Part shown: in pieces, positions 16,955 through 26,802 of the stretch
How positions within the stretch are numbered: position 1 is the stretch's first letter
How the letters are laid out: every line of letters begins with the position of its first letter
NCBI GenBank assembly: GCA_965250285.1
Contig: OZ252299.1
Coordinates: 2,624,001-2,688,000, forward strand
Direction: 5' to 3'
DNA from: Myxococcota bacterium
Lineage (GTDB): Bacteria; Myxococcota_A; UBA9160; UBA4427
DNA length: 64,000 nt
Notes under the pieces: model-generated
Seen by the model: only the letters and a program-made list of their open reading frames with translations
What the model was told of the DNA's origin: nothing
Database searches by the model: none
Program-made: the position numbers and the translations under genes

Positions 16955-18580
16955 ATGCAGATCACGCTTCGAGCCCAGCCCGCGCACGAGCTTCGCGGGG
17001 ATTCGATCTCGCTCGCCCTCCTGGCCCCCGCGCCGTCACGCGATGCGAAGCCGAAGCGCGGGGCGCGCGCGAAGAAGCGCGCGTCGAAGAAGCGCTCGGA
17101 CGCGACCGAAGCGCTGCCCCTGCCGCGTGGCCTCGCCGCCTTCGACCGTGCCCTGGGCGGCGCGATCAGCGCCCGCCTGGCCGTGGGCGACTTTCAGGCG
17201 AAGGCGGGGCAGTCGATCGTCGTGCATCCCGGGGTCGAAGGGGCGCCGAAGCGAGTGCAGCTCGTCGGTCTCGGGCCGGCGTCGAAGGCCGAACTCGAGA
17301 TCGTGCGCCGCGCCGCCGCGCGGGCCGCATCGTGGGGCACGGATCACGGCGCGACGAGCCTCGGTCTGTGGATCCCACCCGTGCGAGGGCTCGACCAAGC
17401 CGACGCGTTCGCGGCCGCGGCCGAAGGCTGCGTGCTCGGGGCCTACCGCTTCGACCGATACAAATCGGGCAAGCGGGCGAGCGCGCCGCGTCGCGTGGCC
17501 CTCGCGAGCGACAAGGTGAGCGATCTCGCCGCGGCGAAGCGACGCGTTCAGCAGGGCCGCGTCGCCGCCGAGGGTCAGGTGCTCGCGCGCGACCTCTCGA
17601 ACGAGCCGCCGAACGAGCTGCCGCCCGCGGCGCTCGCGCGCGAGGCCCGCCGCGTCGCACGCGCCACGGGCATGCGCTGCACGGTGCTCGGGCCGGCCGA
17701 GCTCGAGCGGATGAAGATGAAGGCGCTGCTGGCCATCGGACAGGGCAGCGCGGCCACGCCGCGCCTGATCGTCCTCGAGCACAAGCCGAAAGGCGCCGCG
17801 TCGAAGTCGAGCGAGGGACCGCTCTGCGTCGTCGGCAAGGGCATCACGTTCGACTCGGGCGGTCTATCGCTGAAGAGCGGCGCCGGCATGATGGACATGA
17901 AGCACGACATGTCGGGCGCCGCGACGGTCGTGGGCGTGATGCAAGCGGTGGCCGAGCTGAATCTGCCGATCCACGTCGTCGGCATCGTCGCGGCCGCCGA
18001 GAACATGCCGAGCGGCACCGCCGCGCGCCCGGGCGATGTGGTGCGCGCAATGAGCGGCAAGACCATCGAGATCCTGAACACCGACGCCGAGGGCCGGGTC
18101 GTGCTCGCCGACGCGCTCCACTACGCGAACGTGAAGTACAGCCCGGCGGCGATGATCGACATCGCCACGCTGACCGGCGCCATCATGGTGGCCCTGGGCC
18201 CCTGGGCGACGGCCGTGTTCGGGCGTGCGCAGGACGGCGGCCTGGTCGAAGAGGTCCGCGAGGCCGGGGATGCATCTGGCGAGCTGATGTGGCCCATGCC
18301 GCTGCTCCCCGAGCACACGCGCATGATGCAGAGCAAGGTGGCCGATCTGAAGAACATCGGAGGGCGCGACGCGGGGGGCTCGACGGCGGCCGCCTTCCTG
18401 GCTGAATTCGCAGGAGAGACGCCCTGGGTGCATCTAGACATTGCAGGGAGTGGTATGACGAGCCAATCAACCGCATATCACCGGGGTGGCGGGACCGGCG
18501 TGGCTGTTCGGACCCTCCTCGAATGGATCCAGGCCCGGTCGCCGCGGGGTCAAACGAACCGACGCACCAAGCGTCGTTGA
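16955..18580 (+). CDS. pepA: Leucyl aminopeptidase (M17)
   Basis: VGKGITFDSGG, MKHDMSGAA, EILNTDAEGR, DIATLTGA, WVHLDIAG. Confidence 0.96.
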   Translation: MQITLRAQPAHELRGDSISLALLAPAPSRDAKPKRGARAKKRASKKRSDATEALPLPRGLAAFDRALGGAISARLAVGDFQAKAGQSIVVHPGVEGAPKRVQLVGLGPASKAELEIVRRAAARAASWGTDHGATSLGLWIPPVRGLDQADAFAAAAEGCVLGAYRFDRYKSGKRASAPRRVALASDKVSDLAAAKRRVQQGRVAAEGQVLARDLSNEPPNELPPAALAREARRVARATGMRCTVLGPAELERMKMKALLAIGQGSAATPRLIVLEHKPKGAASKSSEGPLCVVGKGITFDSGGLSLKSGAGMMDMKHDMSGAATVVGVMQAVAELNLPIHVVGIVAAAENMPSGTAARPGDVVRAMSGKTIEILNTDAEGRVVLADALHYANVKYSPAAMIDIATLTGAIMVALGPWATAVFGRAQDGGLVEEVREAGDASGELMWPMPLLPEHTRMMQSKVADLKNIGGRDAGGSTAAAFLAEFAGETPWVHLDIAGSGMTSQSTAYHRGGGTGVAVRTLLEWIQARSPRGQTNRRTKRR

Positions 18581-18605
18581 CCCACGGGTGACCCCTCCGT
18601 ACTCT
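18577..18605 (+). promoter_or_regulatory. Sigma-70-type promoter for the cytochrome c gene
   Basis: TTGACC-N17-TACTCT about 55 nt upstream of ATG 18660. Confidence 0.55.
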
Positions 18606-18659
18606 CCGCGCGCCGCGCGTCCAGGGGCGGCGGAAGACTTCCTCAAGGAGACCCAGACC

Positions 18660-19037
18660 ATGACTCGCATCACGATCCTCTCGGCCTTGGCCCTGCTCCT
18701 GGCCGGCCTCGCCCTGCCCTCGATCGCCCTCGCTGGCGACGTCGAGAACGGCAAGGCGCTGTACATGCAGAACTGCGCGAGCTGCCACGGCGACACCGGG
18801 GCCGGCGACGGTCCGACGGGCGCCGCCCTGCCGGTCAAGCCCCGCGACTTCGGCAGCGGTGATTTCAAGTTCGACACCGATGGCGATGGCACGCCCGGCA
18901 CCGACGCCGACCTGACGAACATCATCAAGAACGGCGCGATGAAGTACGGTGGCTCGCCGCTGATGGCGCCGCTGCCGCACCTGACCGACGAGAACATCAC
19001 GGACATCATCGTGTTCGTGCGCTCGCTGAAGCAGTAG
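18660..19037 (+). CDS. Monoheme class I c-type cytochrome
   Basis: AAGGAG RBS, signal peptide, CASCH, distal Met in GGSPLMAP. Confidence 0.92.
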   Translation: MTRITILSALALLLAGLALPSIALAGDVENGKALYMQNCASCHGDTGAGDGPTGAALPVKPRDFGSGDFKFDTDGDGTPGTDADLTNIIKNGAMKYGGSPLMAPLPHLTDENITDIIVFVRSLKQ

Positions 19038-19094
19038 CGAGCACGCGCGCGGAGATCGCCGGGCACGCCCGGAGCGGTCTCGCGAGATCGAGCC

Positions 19095-19126
19095 AAGGGC
19101 GGACTTCCGAGAGGGGGTCCGCCCTT
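19095..19126 (+). terminator. Hairpin, probable terminator after cytochrome c
   Basis: AAGGGCGGAC-TTCC-GAGA-GGGG-GTCCGCCCTT with a GNRA loop; weak U tail. Confidence 0.55.
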
Positions 19127-19294
19127 CGTGCATCCAGCGACGCGCTGCGACCGTCGAGATCGGGCGCTGCGCTATCGTGGCGCTTCGATCGGGGAACGCG
19201 CCCCGTGCCACGCCGACGCGTCTGGTCCGACCCGAAACGGGGCGCGCCGGACGACGCCCGCAGCAGCAACCCGACCGCTCCCCAGGGACGAAGC

Positions 19295-20509
19295 TTGACC
19301 CGATCCAGAGACCGAGACGCGGAGCAGGATCGCGACGCCGAGGGCCGCACGCAGGCGAGCGCGCCGGCTGCGTCACCCGCCGAGCCCGAGGTGCTCCCGC
19401 CCGAAGACGACACCCGCTCGCCGCAGGTGCTCCCGCCCGAGGACGACGCCGGCGCGCTCGAGGTGCTCCCGCCCGACGACGAGGCGGCCGACCCCGACGT
19501 GCTGCCGCCGGCGGGAGGAGACCTCGACGACGACGGCGTGCAGCTGCCCGATGGCTCGCCCGTGCGGGCGACCGATGGCGACGGCGCAAACGCCCCCATC
19601 GTCTACGACGACACGGCGCACCTGCCGTCGATGCCGGGCAGCGGCGCGACGGCCCTCAGCCAGTACATGGCCGAGCTCAAGCACCACGCCCCGATCAGCC
19701 GCGAAGAAGAGCACGAGCTCGCCGTGCGCTGGCGCGAAGACGGCGACATGCAGGCCGCCCGCAAGCTGGTCGTGTCGAACCTGCGCCTGGTCGTGAAGAT
19801 CGCGATGGACTACCGCCGCGCTTGGACGAACACCCTCGATCTGATCCAGGAGGGCAACGTCGGGCTGATGGAGGCGGTCCAGCGCTACGACCCCTATCAG
19901 GGCGTCAAGCTCTCGTCGTACGCCGTCTACTGGATTCGCGCGTACATCCTCAAGTACATCCTCGACAACATGCGGAGCGTGCGCCTGGGCACGACGCGAG
20001 CATCGCGCAAGCTCTTCTTCCGGCTCAACAAGGAGAAGGCCGCGCTCGAGCGTCAGGGTTTCGAGGTGGCGCCGAAGCTGATCGCCGAGCGCCTCGACGT
20101 CTCGGAGCAGGACGTCGTCGAGATGGAGGCGCGGCTCTCGCGCCCCGACACGTCGCTCGACGCGCCGCTGCGCCGCGATGAAGATGGCGGTGCCACGGTG
20201 GGCGATACGTTCGCCGCGGCGGGCAGCACCGCCGAGAGCCAGGTCGGCGAGGCCGAGCTGCGCGCCGTGTTCGTCGAGAAGATGCAGGATTTCGCCGAGG
20301 GGCTCGCCGACCGGGATCGACAGATCCTCGACGAGCGCATCCTCGCCGAAGATCCGAAGACGCTGGCCGAGCTGGGCGACGAGTTCGGCGTCTCGCGCGA
20401 ACGCGTGCGACAGCTCGAGGCACGCCTGGTCGACAACTTGCGCACCTACATGAGCGAGCACCTCGTCGACTTCGAGTACTACGCAGCACCGCCCGAGACG
20501 AAGTCGTGA
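19295..20509 (+). CDS. RpoH/sigma-32-family RNA polymerase sigma factor with acidic repeat N-terminal extension
   Basis: NLRLVVKIA, DLIQEGNVGLM, YAVYWIRAYI, RpoH-box-like SRKLFFRL, region 4 GVSRERVRQLE. Start uncertain (TTG 19295). Confidence 0.9.
   Translation: MTRSRDRDAEQDRDAEGRTQASAPAASPAEPEVLPPEDDTRSPQVLPPEDDAGALEVLPPDDEAADPDVLPPAGGDLDDDGVQLPDGSPVRATDGDGANAPIVYDDTAHLPSMPGSGATALSQYMAELKHHAPISREEEHELAVRWREDGDMQAARKLVVSNLRLVVKIAMDYRRAWTNTLDLIQEGNVGLMEAVQRYDPYQGVKLSSYAVYWIRAYILKYILDNMRSVRLGTTRASRKLFFRLNKEKAALERQGFEVAPKLIAERLDVSEQDVVEMEARLSRPDTSLDAPLRRDEDGGATVGDTFAAAGSTAESQVGEAELRAVFVEKMQDFAEGLADRDRQILDERILAEDPKTLAELGDEFGVSRERVRQLEARLVDNLRTYMSEHLVDFEYYAAPPETKS
19388..19513 (+). repeat. Coding tandem repeat, 4 x 36 bp (E/Q/D-VLPP)
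   Basis: GAGGTGCTCCCGCCCGA-like units at 19388, 19424, 19460 and 19496. Confidence 0.85.
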
Positions 20510-20991
20510 TCGAACCGCAGCGCGCCCGATCGTTCGGCGCCCTCGCCGCGCTCCTCGCCCTCGTGCTCGCCGCGTCGGCCTGCAACGGGGCCGCCCAGCC
20601 CGCCGCCGAGGAGCCCGACGCCTGGGTCACCATCGGGGCCGCCCGGGTCTCCACCGAGGTCGTCCGCGACCCCGCTTCGAAGGCCCGCGGGCTCGGCGGA
20701 CGCGACTCGCTCGCCTGGGATCACGGCATGCTCTTCCCCTATGACCGCCCCGACTTCCTCGCGTTCTGGATGAAGGACATGCGCTTTCCCATCGACATCA
20801 TTTGGATTCGCGATGGGCGGATCGTCGACATGGCGCTCCGGGTCCCGTTCGATCCCCAAGGGGGGCCGGGCCCGACCGTGCGGCCGAGGTCGCTCGCCGA
20901 CAGCGTGCTCGAGGTGCCGGCCGGCTACGCCCAGGCCCAGGGATGGCGCATCGGCGATCGCGTCGAGGTGGTCGAGAGCCCCGCCCGCTGA
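20506..20991 (+). CDS. DUF192 family lipoprotein
   Basis: Lipobox ASAC; RGLGGR...GMLF...FWMKDMRFPIDIIWI...VLEVPAG. Confidence 0.9.
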   Translation: MIEPQRARSFGALAALLALVLAASACNGAAQPAAEEPDAWVTIGAARVSTEVVRDPASKARGLGGRDSLAWDHGMLFPYDRPDFLAFWMKDMRFPIDIIWIRDGRIVDMALRVPFDPQGGPGPTVRPRSLADSVLEVPAGYAQAQGWRIGDRVEVVESPAR

Positions 20992-21065
20992 AGCGGTCGG
21001 TCGGCCCCTTCGACACCGCCCTGTGGCACTCAAGTGGCCACGAGGGGCTGCCGATCCGGCAGACG

Positions 21066-21755
21066 ATGGCCAATGAATCCACGTTCATGCTGTTCTGCCC
21101 GCCGATGCCGCCGCTGCGCCTCACCGACGGCGTGGTGACGATCGGCCGGCACCCCGAGTGCGAGCTCAACTTGCGCATGGACGACGTGTCGCGCCGCCAC
21201 GCCCAGGTCTCGTTCGAGCAGGGCCGTTGGCACGTGAGCGATCTCGGCAGCACCAACGGCACCTTCGTGAATGGGCAGAAGGTCGAGGGCCAGCGGGCGC
21301 TCTCACCCGGTGACCACATCGAGGTCGGCGAGAACGCGGTCACATTCTGCGAGCTCGGCGGGACGGCCGCCTTCCCTTCGCGCGACCTCGACGCCCGTAC
21401 CGTCGTCTTCGACCGCACGGCCGACGTCGGCACCGACGCCGAGCTGCGGGGCGAGCTGCGCGAGATCCCGTGTGCGCCGCTCTTCCAGCTGCTCGAGATG
21501 AACCGCAGCAGCGGTCGCCTCGACGTGCAGACGAAGGAGAGCGCCGCCAACGTGTGGTTCGAGAGCGGCCACCCGGTGCACGCGATCAGCGAGAAGCACG
21601 CGGGGTTCGAGACGCTGCTCGCCCTGGTCGGGCTGCGGGAAGGCCGCTTCGTCTTCGCGGCCGGCGAGATGGCCCCCGAGAAGACGATCCAGGCCAGCGT
21701 CACCGAGGTCTTGATGGAAGCGTGTCGCCTCGAGGACGAGCAGAACCGCAGCTGA
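21066..21755 (+). CDS. FHA domain + DUF4388 protein
   Basis: FHA motifs IGR...VSRRHA...DLGSTNGTFVNG; C-terminal LRGELREI...LFQLLEMNRSSGRL...GRFVF...VLMEACRLEDE. Confidence 0.85.
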   Translation: MANESTFMLFCPPMPPLRLTDGVVTIGRHPECELNLRMDDVSRRHAQVSFEQGRWHVSDLGSTNGTFVNGQKVEGQRALSPGDHIEVGENAVTFCELGGTAAFPSRDLDARTVVFDRTADVGTDAELRGELREIPCAPLFQLLEMNRSSGRLDVQTKESAANVWFESGHPVHAISEKHAGFETLLALVGLREGRFVFAAGEMAPEKTIQASVTEVLMEACRLEDEQNRS

Positions 21756-21792
21756 GGGGCGACACGGTCGCCGGGCCGCGTGCTCGATCGCC

Positions 21793-23109
21793 TCAGCCGC
21801 CGACGGCGTCCCCACCGAGCGGCTGACCCGCCTGGAGACTCGGAAACTCGGCCAGGATCCACGCCTGCACCGCGTCTTCGACGCCTTCGGTATCGAGCCC
21901 CAGCATCTCTTCGAGCGCGTCATCCATCGACACGCCGCGGCCGAGTCGGCGCATCAACTGACGCCGCGCGTCGGCCGTCGAGTGTGCGTGGATCCACTCG
22001 ACGGCGACGATGCTCTGCAGATACGCCGCGCGCGCGTCGTCGTCGCCCAGGCCCGAGAAGCTCGGCGCGAGGCGCCTCAGCGGGATCCAGTCGCCGGCCT
22101 GGATGCGTTGGCGCAGGCTCGCCCGTTCGCTGCGCGTCGACGTCGGTCGATGGCGCGCTGCGCGCTCGACCGCCTCGGCGAGGCCTTCGTTGAACCAGTA
22201 CGGTCGATCGCTGCCGGTCTCTTCGCGGTACACGGCGTGCACGTACTCGTGAAACAGCAACGCGCGGAGCGCCTCGCTCGGCTGAGCGGGCGCCGAGACG
22301 TGAATTCGCCCGTCGAAGAAACCGACGGTCTGGAACGAGAACTTGTGAGCGTGAGCCGTCGTATAGGCGGCACGGCCGTAGAACACGACGCCGAGGGGCT
22401 CGGCCAGCGTCACCCCCATGCGTTCGTCCACGAGCGCCCGCGCCTCTTCGAGCGAGCGCATCGCCGAACTCGCATACGCGTCGTTCGCGGCATCGAGCTC
22501 GGCATCGAGCTGAATCTCGAAGTGCTCGCCCTGGTAGAGCACGAGCTCGAGCGGGCCACGCCGGCGGTTGCGATCGGCGAGCTGATGCTCGATCTGCAGG
22601 TCAGCGAGGCGCGCCTCGGCCTTCACCCGCCATGGCTTCAGGTCGTCGTCCGCGTACTTGAGAAAGAGCCTCAGGTGCTCGGCCGCCCGGCGATAGCGGC
22701 CGCGCTTTCGATCCAGCGATGCGAGATACCAATAGGTCTCGGGCCGCGCGGGATCGAGCCGCTGCGCACTGCGCAGCGCGGCCACCGCGCGGGCGGTCTC
22801 GCCGCGCTCGAAATCGGCGACGGCCCCCTGCAGCAATCGCAGCACGCGATCCTCGGCGCTGCCCGATGCGCCGGGCGGCGTCACGGGCACCGGCCCGGTG
22901 ACCATGTCGCCCCATAACCCGCGGAGCGCCTCGACGTCGTGGGCGTCCCGCGCGACTTCGGGGACCGCGTCGGCGTCGTTCGAGAGCCGCGTGATGCCGG
23001 CTTCGTCGACCCACACGAAGCTCTCTGCGAGCACCGCGCCCGGGGCGATCGAAACGGCGACCGAAGCCAAGACGAACGCAGCACTGAGAAGCCGAGGAAG
23101 GACACGCAT
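21793..23109 (-). CDS. Secreted protein: DUF4124-like N-terminus + TPR + zincin (peptidase MA-like) domain
   Basis: Signal peptide, FVWVDEAG, TPR-like helices, HEYVH...PYWFNEGLAE. Confidence 0.8.
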   Translation of the reverse strand: MRVLPRLLSAAFVLASVAVSIAPGAVLAESFVWVDEAGITRLSNDADAVPEVARDAHDVEALRGLWGDMVTGPVPVTPPGASGSAEDRVLRLLQGAVADFERGETARAVAALRSAQRLDPARPETYWYLASLDRKRGRYRRAAEHLRLFLKYADDDLKPWRVKAEARLADLQIEHQLADRNRRRGPLELVLYQGEHFEIQLDAELDAANDAYASSAMRSLEEARALVDERMGVTLAEPLGVVFYGRAAYTTAHAHKFSFQTVGFFDGRIHVSAPAQPSEALRALLFHEYVHAVYREETGSDRPYWFNEGLAEAVERAARHRPTSTRSERASLRQRIQAGDWIPLRRLAPSFSGLGDDDARAAYLQSIVAVEWIHAHSTADARRQLMRRLGRGVSMDDALEEMLGLDTEGVEDAVQAWILAEFPSLQAGQPLGGDAVGG

Positions 23110-23282
23110 CGGGAGGAAGTGACGTGAGCACGGCCGATGTGTCGGCGCCGCAGCGCGCCACGCTGCGTTCGTCTGGCGCAGCGAGGGACGATTCCAGCCG
23201 CAGCAGAACCCGCACGCTCACGCTGGACGCGTGGCACGCCCGGCAGCGCTTCGAGGGTGCATCGAAGACACGGGCGCGCGCG

Positions 23283-23819
23283 TCAGCGCGTCTTGACCGC
23301 TTCACCCGCGAGGTGCCCGATCTCGGGCACGATCAGCTTCTGCATGGCGAGGCCGACGGCGCCGCGCGAGCCCGGGATCACGAAGACCACGCGCCCCTGG
23401 ACGAGCCCTGCGGTCGCCCGTGAGAGGAGCGCGGCCGAGCCGATGTCCTCGTACGAGAGCATGCGGAAGAGCTCGCCGAAGCCCGGCACGATGCGTTCGA
23501 GCTTTGCCTCGATCGTCTCGGGCGTGACGTCACGGGGCGCCACGCCGGTGCCCCCCGTGAAGATGACGGCCTGCACGCCGTGCGTTTCGAGCGCCGTATC
23601 GAGGGCGGCGCCGATGGCCGCCGGATCGTCCTTCACGATGTAGCGCTCGACGACGCGATGCCCCGCCGCCTCGAGCTCGCTCGCGACGAGCGCGCCACCG
23701 GTGTCGGTGTCGGGGGTACGCGTGTCGCTCACGGTCACGACGATCGAGGCCACCGCGGTCGGCGCCGCCTTGCGATGGTGGTGCCGCGCATCGGCCGGAC
23801 GTGCATCACCTTGCGCCAC
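23283..23819 (-). CDS. moaB: Molybdenum cofactor biosynthesis protein B (MogA/MoaB)
   Basis: VTVSDTRT, TGGTGVAPRDVTPE, PGFGELFR, SRATAG, IPGS. Start approximate. Confidence 0.92.
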   Translation of the reverse strand: MAQGDARPADARHHHRKAAPTAVASIVVTVSDTRTPDTDTGGALVASELEAAGHRVVERYIVKDDPAAIGAALDTALETHGVQAVIFTGGTGVAPRDVTPETIEAKLERIVPGFGELFRMLSYEDIGSAALLSRATAGLVQGRVVFVIPGSRGAVGLAMQKLIVPEIGHLAGEAVKTR

Positions 23820-23886
23820 GCGGGGCACCTCGCTGCGTGCCGGCTGCGCGCCGTGCGACGACGTCAGACATGTGTGGACGGCGCGT

Positions 23887-24570
23887 TCATGCGTGGTCGT
23901 CGACCCAGTAGGCGCCATCGGTCGCGACCTCGCGCTTCCAGATCGGCACCGTGACCTTGAGCGTATCGATCGCGTACCGACAGGCCTCGAACGCCTCGCC
24001 GCGATGGGGTGCGGCGGCGACCACGACGACCGCGGCGTCGCCGATCTTCAGGTGACCGATGCGATGGGCGATCGCGACCCGCGTCCCCGCCCAGCGTCGC
24101 TCGGCTTCGTCGACGATCTTCTGCATCTCGCGCTCGGCCATCTCGGGGTAGGCCTCGTATTCGAGGTGCTCGATGTCGTGCCCCCGCGCACGATTGCGCA
24201 CCGTGCCCACGAAGCTGACGATGCCGCCGGTGTCGTCGCCCGACACGCGCGCGACCACCTCGTCTTCGTCGAGCGGTGTCTCGCTGATCGTGCAGCGCTT
24301 CGGCCCGGCGGTCGCCGCGCCGCCGGCGACGGGGGGCAGCAGCGCGACCTCGTCGCCCGAGGCCAGCACGACGTCGCCGCTCGCGACCTCGAGATTGACC
24401 GACACCGCGAGCCGGTCGCCGTAGCGCTCGACCGCCGGCCAGCGCTGGCCCAGCAGGGCCTTCAGGCCCTCGACGTCGAGCCCGTCGTCGACCTCGAGAT
24501 CGACGTCGCGCGCCCCACCAACTTCGTCTCGCAGGGCACCAAAGAGCTTCAGATGGATCTTGATCGGCAT
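23887..24570 (-). CDS. Fused molybdopterin synthase MoaD-MoaE (MoaX-like)
   Basis: MoaD half ending PPVAGG; MoaE half FVGTVRN, LEYEAYPEMA, HRIGHL, HRGEAF, PIWKRE. Confidence 0.92.
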   Translation of the reverse strand: MPIKIHLKLFGALRDEVGGARDVDLEVDDGLDVEGLKALLGQRWPAVERYGDRLAVSVNLEVASGDVVLASGDEVALLPPVAGGAATAGPKRCTISETPLDEDEVVARVSGDDTGGIVSFVGTVRNRARGHDIEHLEYEAYPEMAEREMQKIVDEAERRWAGTRVAIAHRIGHLKIGDAAVVVVAAAPHRGEAFEACRYAIDTLKVTVPIWKREVATDGAYWVDDHA

Positions 24571-24659
24571 ACGGCCGAGGCTAGCAGCCTCGAGCTGCGC
24601 ATTCCCTGCGCACGCTTTCGATCTCAACGTGGCCCGCCGACGCGCCGATCAATCCCCCC

Positions 24660-24917
24660 ATGAGCGACCAGAGCCAGTTCGCCCGCCCCGCCCCGCCGCT
24701 CGCCGCTGTCGAGTCGGCGGTCGACCGCCTGCGCCCCGGCCTCGTGGCCGACGGCGGCAACGTCGAGGTGCTCGGCATCGAGCCCGACGGCACCGTGCGG
24801 GTCGTCTTCCAGGGAACCTGTGCAAGCTGCCCCGCCCAGACGGCGACGCTGCGATACGGCCTCGAGGCCCCGCTGCGCGAGGCCTTGCCCGGCGTCACGG
24901 CCGTCGTCGCCTTCTAG
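24660..24917 (+). CDS. NifU/NfuA C-terminal domain protein
   Basis: LRPGLVADGGNVEV...GTCASCP...TLRYGLE. Confidence 0.88.
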   Translation: MSDQSQFARPAPPLAAVESAVDRLRPGLVADGGNVEVLGIEPDGTVRVVFQGTCASCPAQTATLRYGLEAPLREALPGVTAVVAF

Positions 24918-25000
24918 AAGCCAAGCGCTCGGGTCCGATCGACTCGGATCGACGCACGCACGGGCCCGGCCGAATGCGCGCCGTTGGCGTCTCCTCGGCA

Positions 25001-25042
25001 GAAAACGAAAGAGGCGCCTCGTTCGCAACGAGACGCCTCTTT
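25001..25042 (-). terminator. Intrinsic terminator of the bactofilin gene (possibly bidirectional)
   Basis: AAAGAGGCG-C-CTCGTT-CGC-AACGAG-A-CGCCTCTTT. The mismatch is a G-U pair on the minus strand, which continues CGTTTTC. Confidence 0.7.
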
Positions 25043-25091
25043 GCCAAATGACATCGTATTCGGGACGGCGCGGCCGCCTTCGCGCGGTGGA

Positions 25092-25595
25092 CTACTTGCC
25101 CTGCTGCGCGGCCTCGCCCTTCTTCGAATCCTTCGCGCCGCCATCGACGGGCGTGAGCTTCGACGTCGAAGGGCCGCGCTCGTTCATGCGCAGGCTGCCG
25201 TTGAAGACCGCCCCCTCCTCGATCATGATCGACGGGCAATCGAGGTCGCCCTCGACGCGTGCGGTCTTGTGGAGCACGACCTGACGGCCCGCGTAGATGT
25301 TGCCAACGACCGAGCCCGAGACGACGACCATGTTCGAACGGATCGTCGCGGTGATCTCACCGCTCTCGCCGACGATCAGCGTGTTCTCGCTCGAGATCTC
25401 GCCGCTGAACTCGCCGTCGATGCGGACGGTGTCCTTGAACGAGAGCTTGCCCTCGAACTGCGAGCCCTGATCGATGAAGGCCGTGAGACCACCCCCACCC
25501 GAGGGCGCCGGCGACGGTGCGGCGGCGGGCGCCGGTCCGGCTCCGCTGCTCGTGGTCTCGCCCTGCTTGCCCCGTCCGAACCCGCTGATGGCCAT
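25092..25595 (-). CDS. Bactofilin (polymer-forming cytoskeletal protein)
   Basis: FIDQGSQFEGKL...VRIDGEFSGEI...LIVGESG...VEGDL...IEEGAVFNG. Confidence 0.93.
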   Translation of the reverse strand: MAISGFGRGKQGETTSSGAGPAPAAAPSPAPSGGGGLTAFIDQGSQFEGKLSFKDTVRIDGEFSGEISSENTLIVGESGEITATIRSNMVVVSGSVVGNIYAGRQVVLHKTARVEGDLDCPSIMIEEGAVFNGSLRMNERGPSTSKLTPVDGGAKDSKKGEAAQQGK

Positions 25596-25835
25596 GGTCT
25601 GTCCCTTCGTCGTCCCCGGTCTCGATCTCGACCGGGCTGGAATGGTCGTCCCCCGGCCTTGGTCTCGACCGGGCTGGAAATGATGTGTGGCGAGCGATGC
25701 TCGCCCTCCGTCTTCGGCGCGATGGCGCCGTGCTTGAGCGAAAACTGCCGGCGATTCCCAAGCCGGACCGAAACGTTGCGTCGGCTCCTGCGCGGCGGTG
25801 AACCCGGGGGGTCAGGTGCTACTCTGCCGCCCACC

Positions 25836-26753
25836 ATGGCCCCGGAACCGCACGATCGAGGATCACAGAAAGCCCTGCTGCGTGGGGCGCTTGCGCGTGA
25901 TCGCATCCACGGCGGCTACCTGCTGAGCGGTGCCGGGGATGCCCCACGGCGCGCGGCCGAGTGGTTCGCCCGGGCCCTGGTCTGCCGGGCCGCCGACCCC
26001 TCCGATCGGCCGTGTGGCGCCTGCGCCGCGTGCCTCAAGTCACATGCCGACGTCGACCAGCCTGTCCTCGATGCGAAGAAGGGGACGAAGACGCCCTTCC
26101 GCTACGTCGGCGAGCACCCCGACCTGCACTGGCTCGAGCGGGCACCCGACGCGACCCGCGTCAGCATCCACCAGGTGCGCGAGCTGCAGCGCGCGCTGTC
26201 GTTCGCTTCGAGCGAGGGCGGGCGCCGGGTCGCCGTGATCGCCGATGCCGAGTGGCTGAACACCGAGGCACAGAACGGGCTGCTGAAGCTGATCGAGGAG
26301 CCGCCCGACGGCACGTCGATTCTGCTGGTGGCACGCAGCGCGACCACGCTGCTGCCGACGATCCGCTCGCGCTGCGTGCGCGTCGCATGGCCCGCCGAAG
26401 AAGCGACCGCGCTGCGCGGCGAAGCGGCGGCCGAGGACGTCGCCGCGCTCACGGCGCGCTTCGACACGATCGATCGACTCGGCCTGCCCGAGCTGCTGGC
26501 CTGGGCCGAGGAGTATCGCGGCGCGCGCGCCGTCGCCGCCGCAAACGTCGAGAAGCTGCTGACCTGCGGCCATGGCTGGCTCCGCGAACGCACCACCGCT
26601 CAGGCCGCGGAGCGCGGGCGCGACGTGCGTCCGCTGCTCGACGCGTTTCGAGAGCTGACGCGCTGCCGCCGCGATCTCTCACAGCGCAACGCCAATCCGC
26701 AGATGATCGCCGAGCGCAGCCTCTTCGCCGTGCGCGGCGCGCTCAGCCGATGA
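25836..26753 (+). CDS. holB: DNA polymerase III subunit delta'
   Basis: PCGACAAC zinc module, HPD, AQNGLLKLIEEPP, LLPTIRSRC; upstream of metG and tatD. Confidence 0.88.
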   Translation: MAPEPHDRGSQKALLRGALARDRIHGGYLLSGAGDAPRRAAEWFARALVCRAADPSDRPCGACAACLKSHADVDQPVLDAKKGTKTPFRYVGEHPDLHWLERAPDATRVSIHQVRELQRALSFASSEGGRRVAVIADAEWLNTEAQNGLLKLIEEPPDGTSILLVARSATTLLPTIRSRCVRVAWPAEEATALRGEAAAEDVAALTARFDTIDRLGLPELLAWAEEYRGARAVAAANVEKLLTCGHGWLRERTTAQAAERGRDVRPLLDAFRELTRCRRDLSQRNANPQMIAERSLFAVRGALSR

Positions 26754-26802
26754 CCGAATCCGCCCCGGGCCGCGCCGCCTGGCGGAAACGAATGGGAAGA
26801 GA

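Noticed and set aside
23887..24570. MoaD-MoaE fusion as a novelty
   Set aside because: This architecture is already known (MoaX-type).
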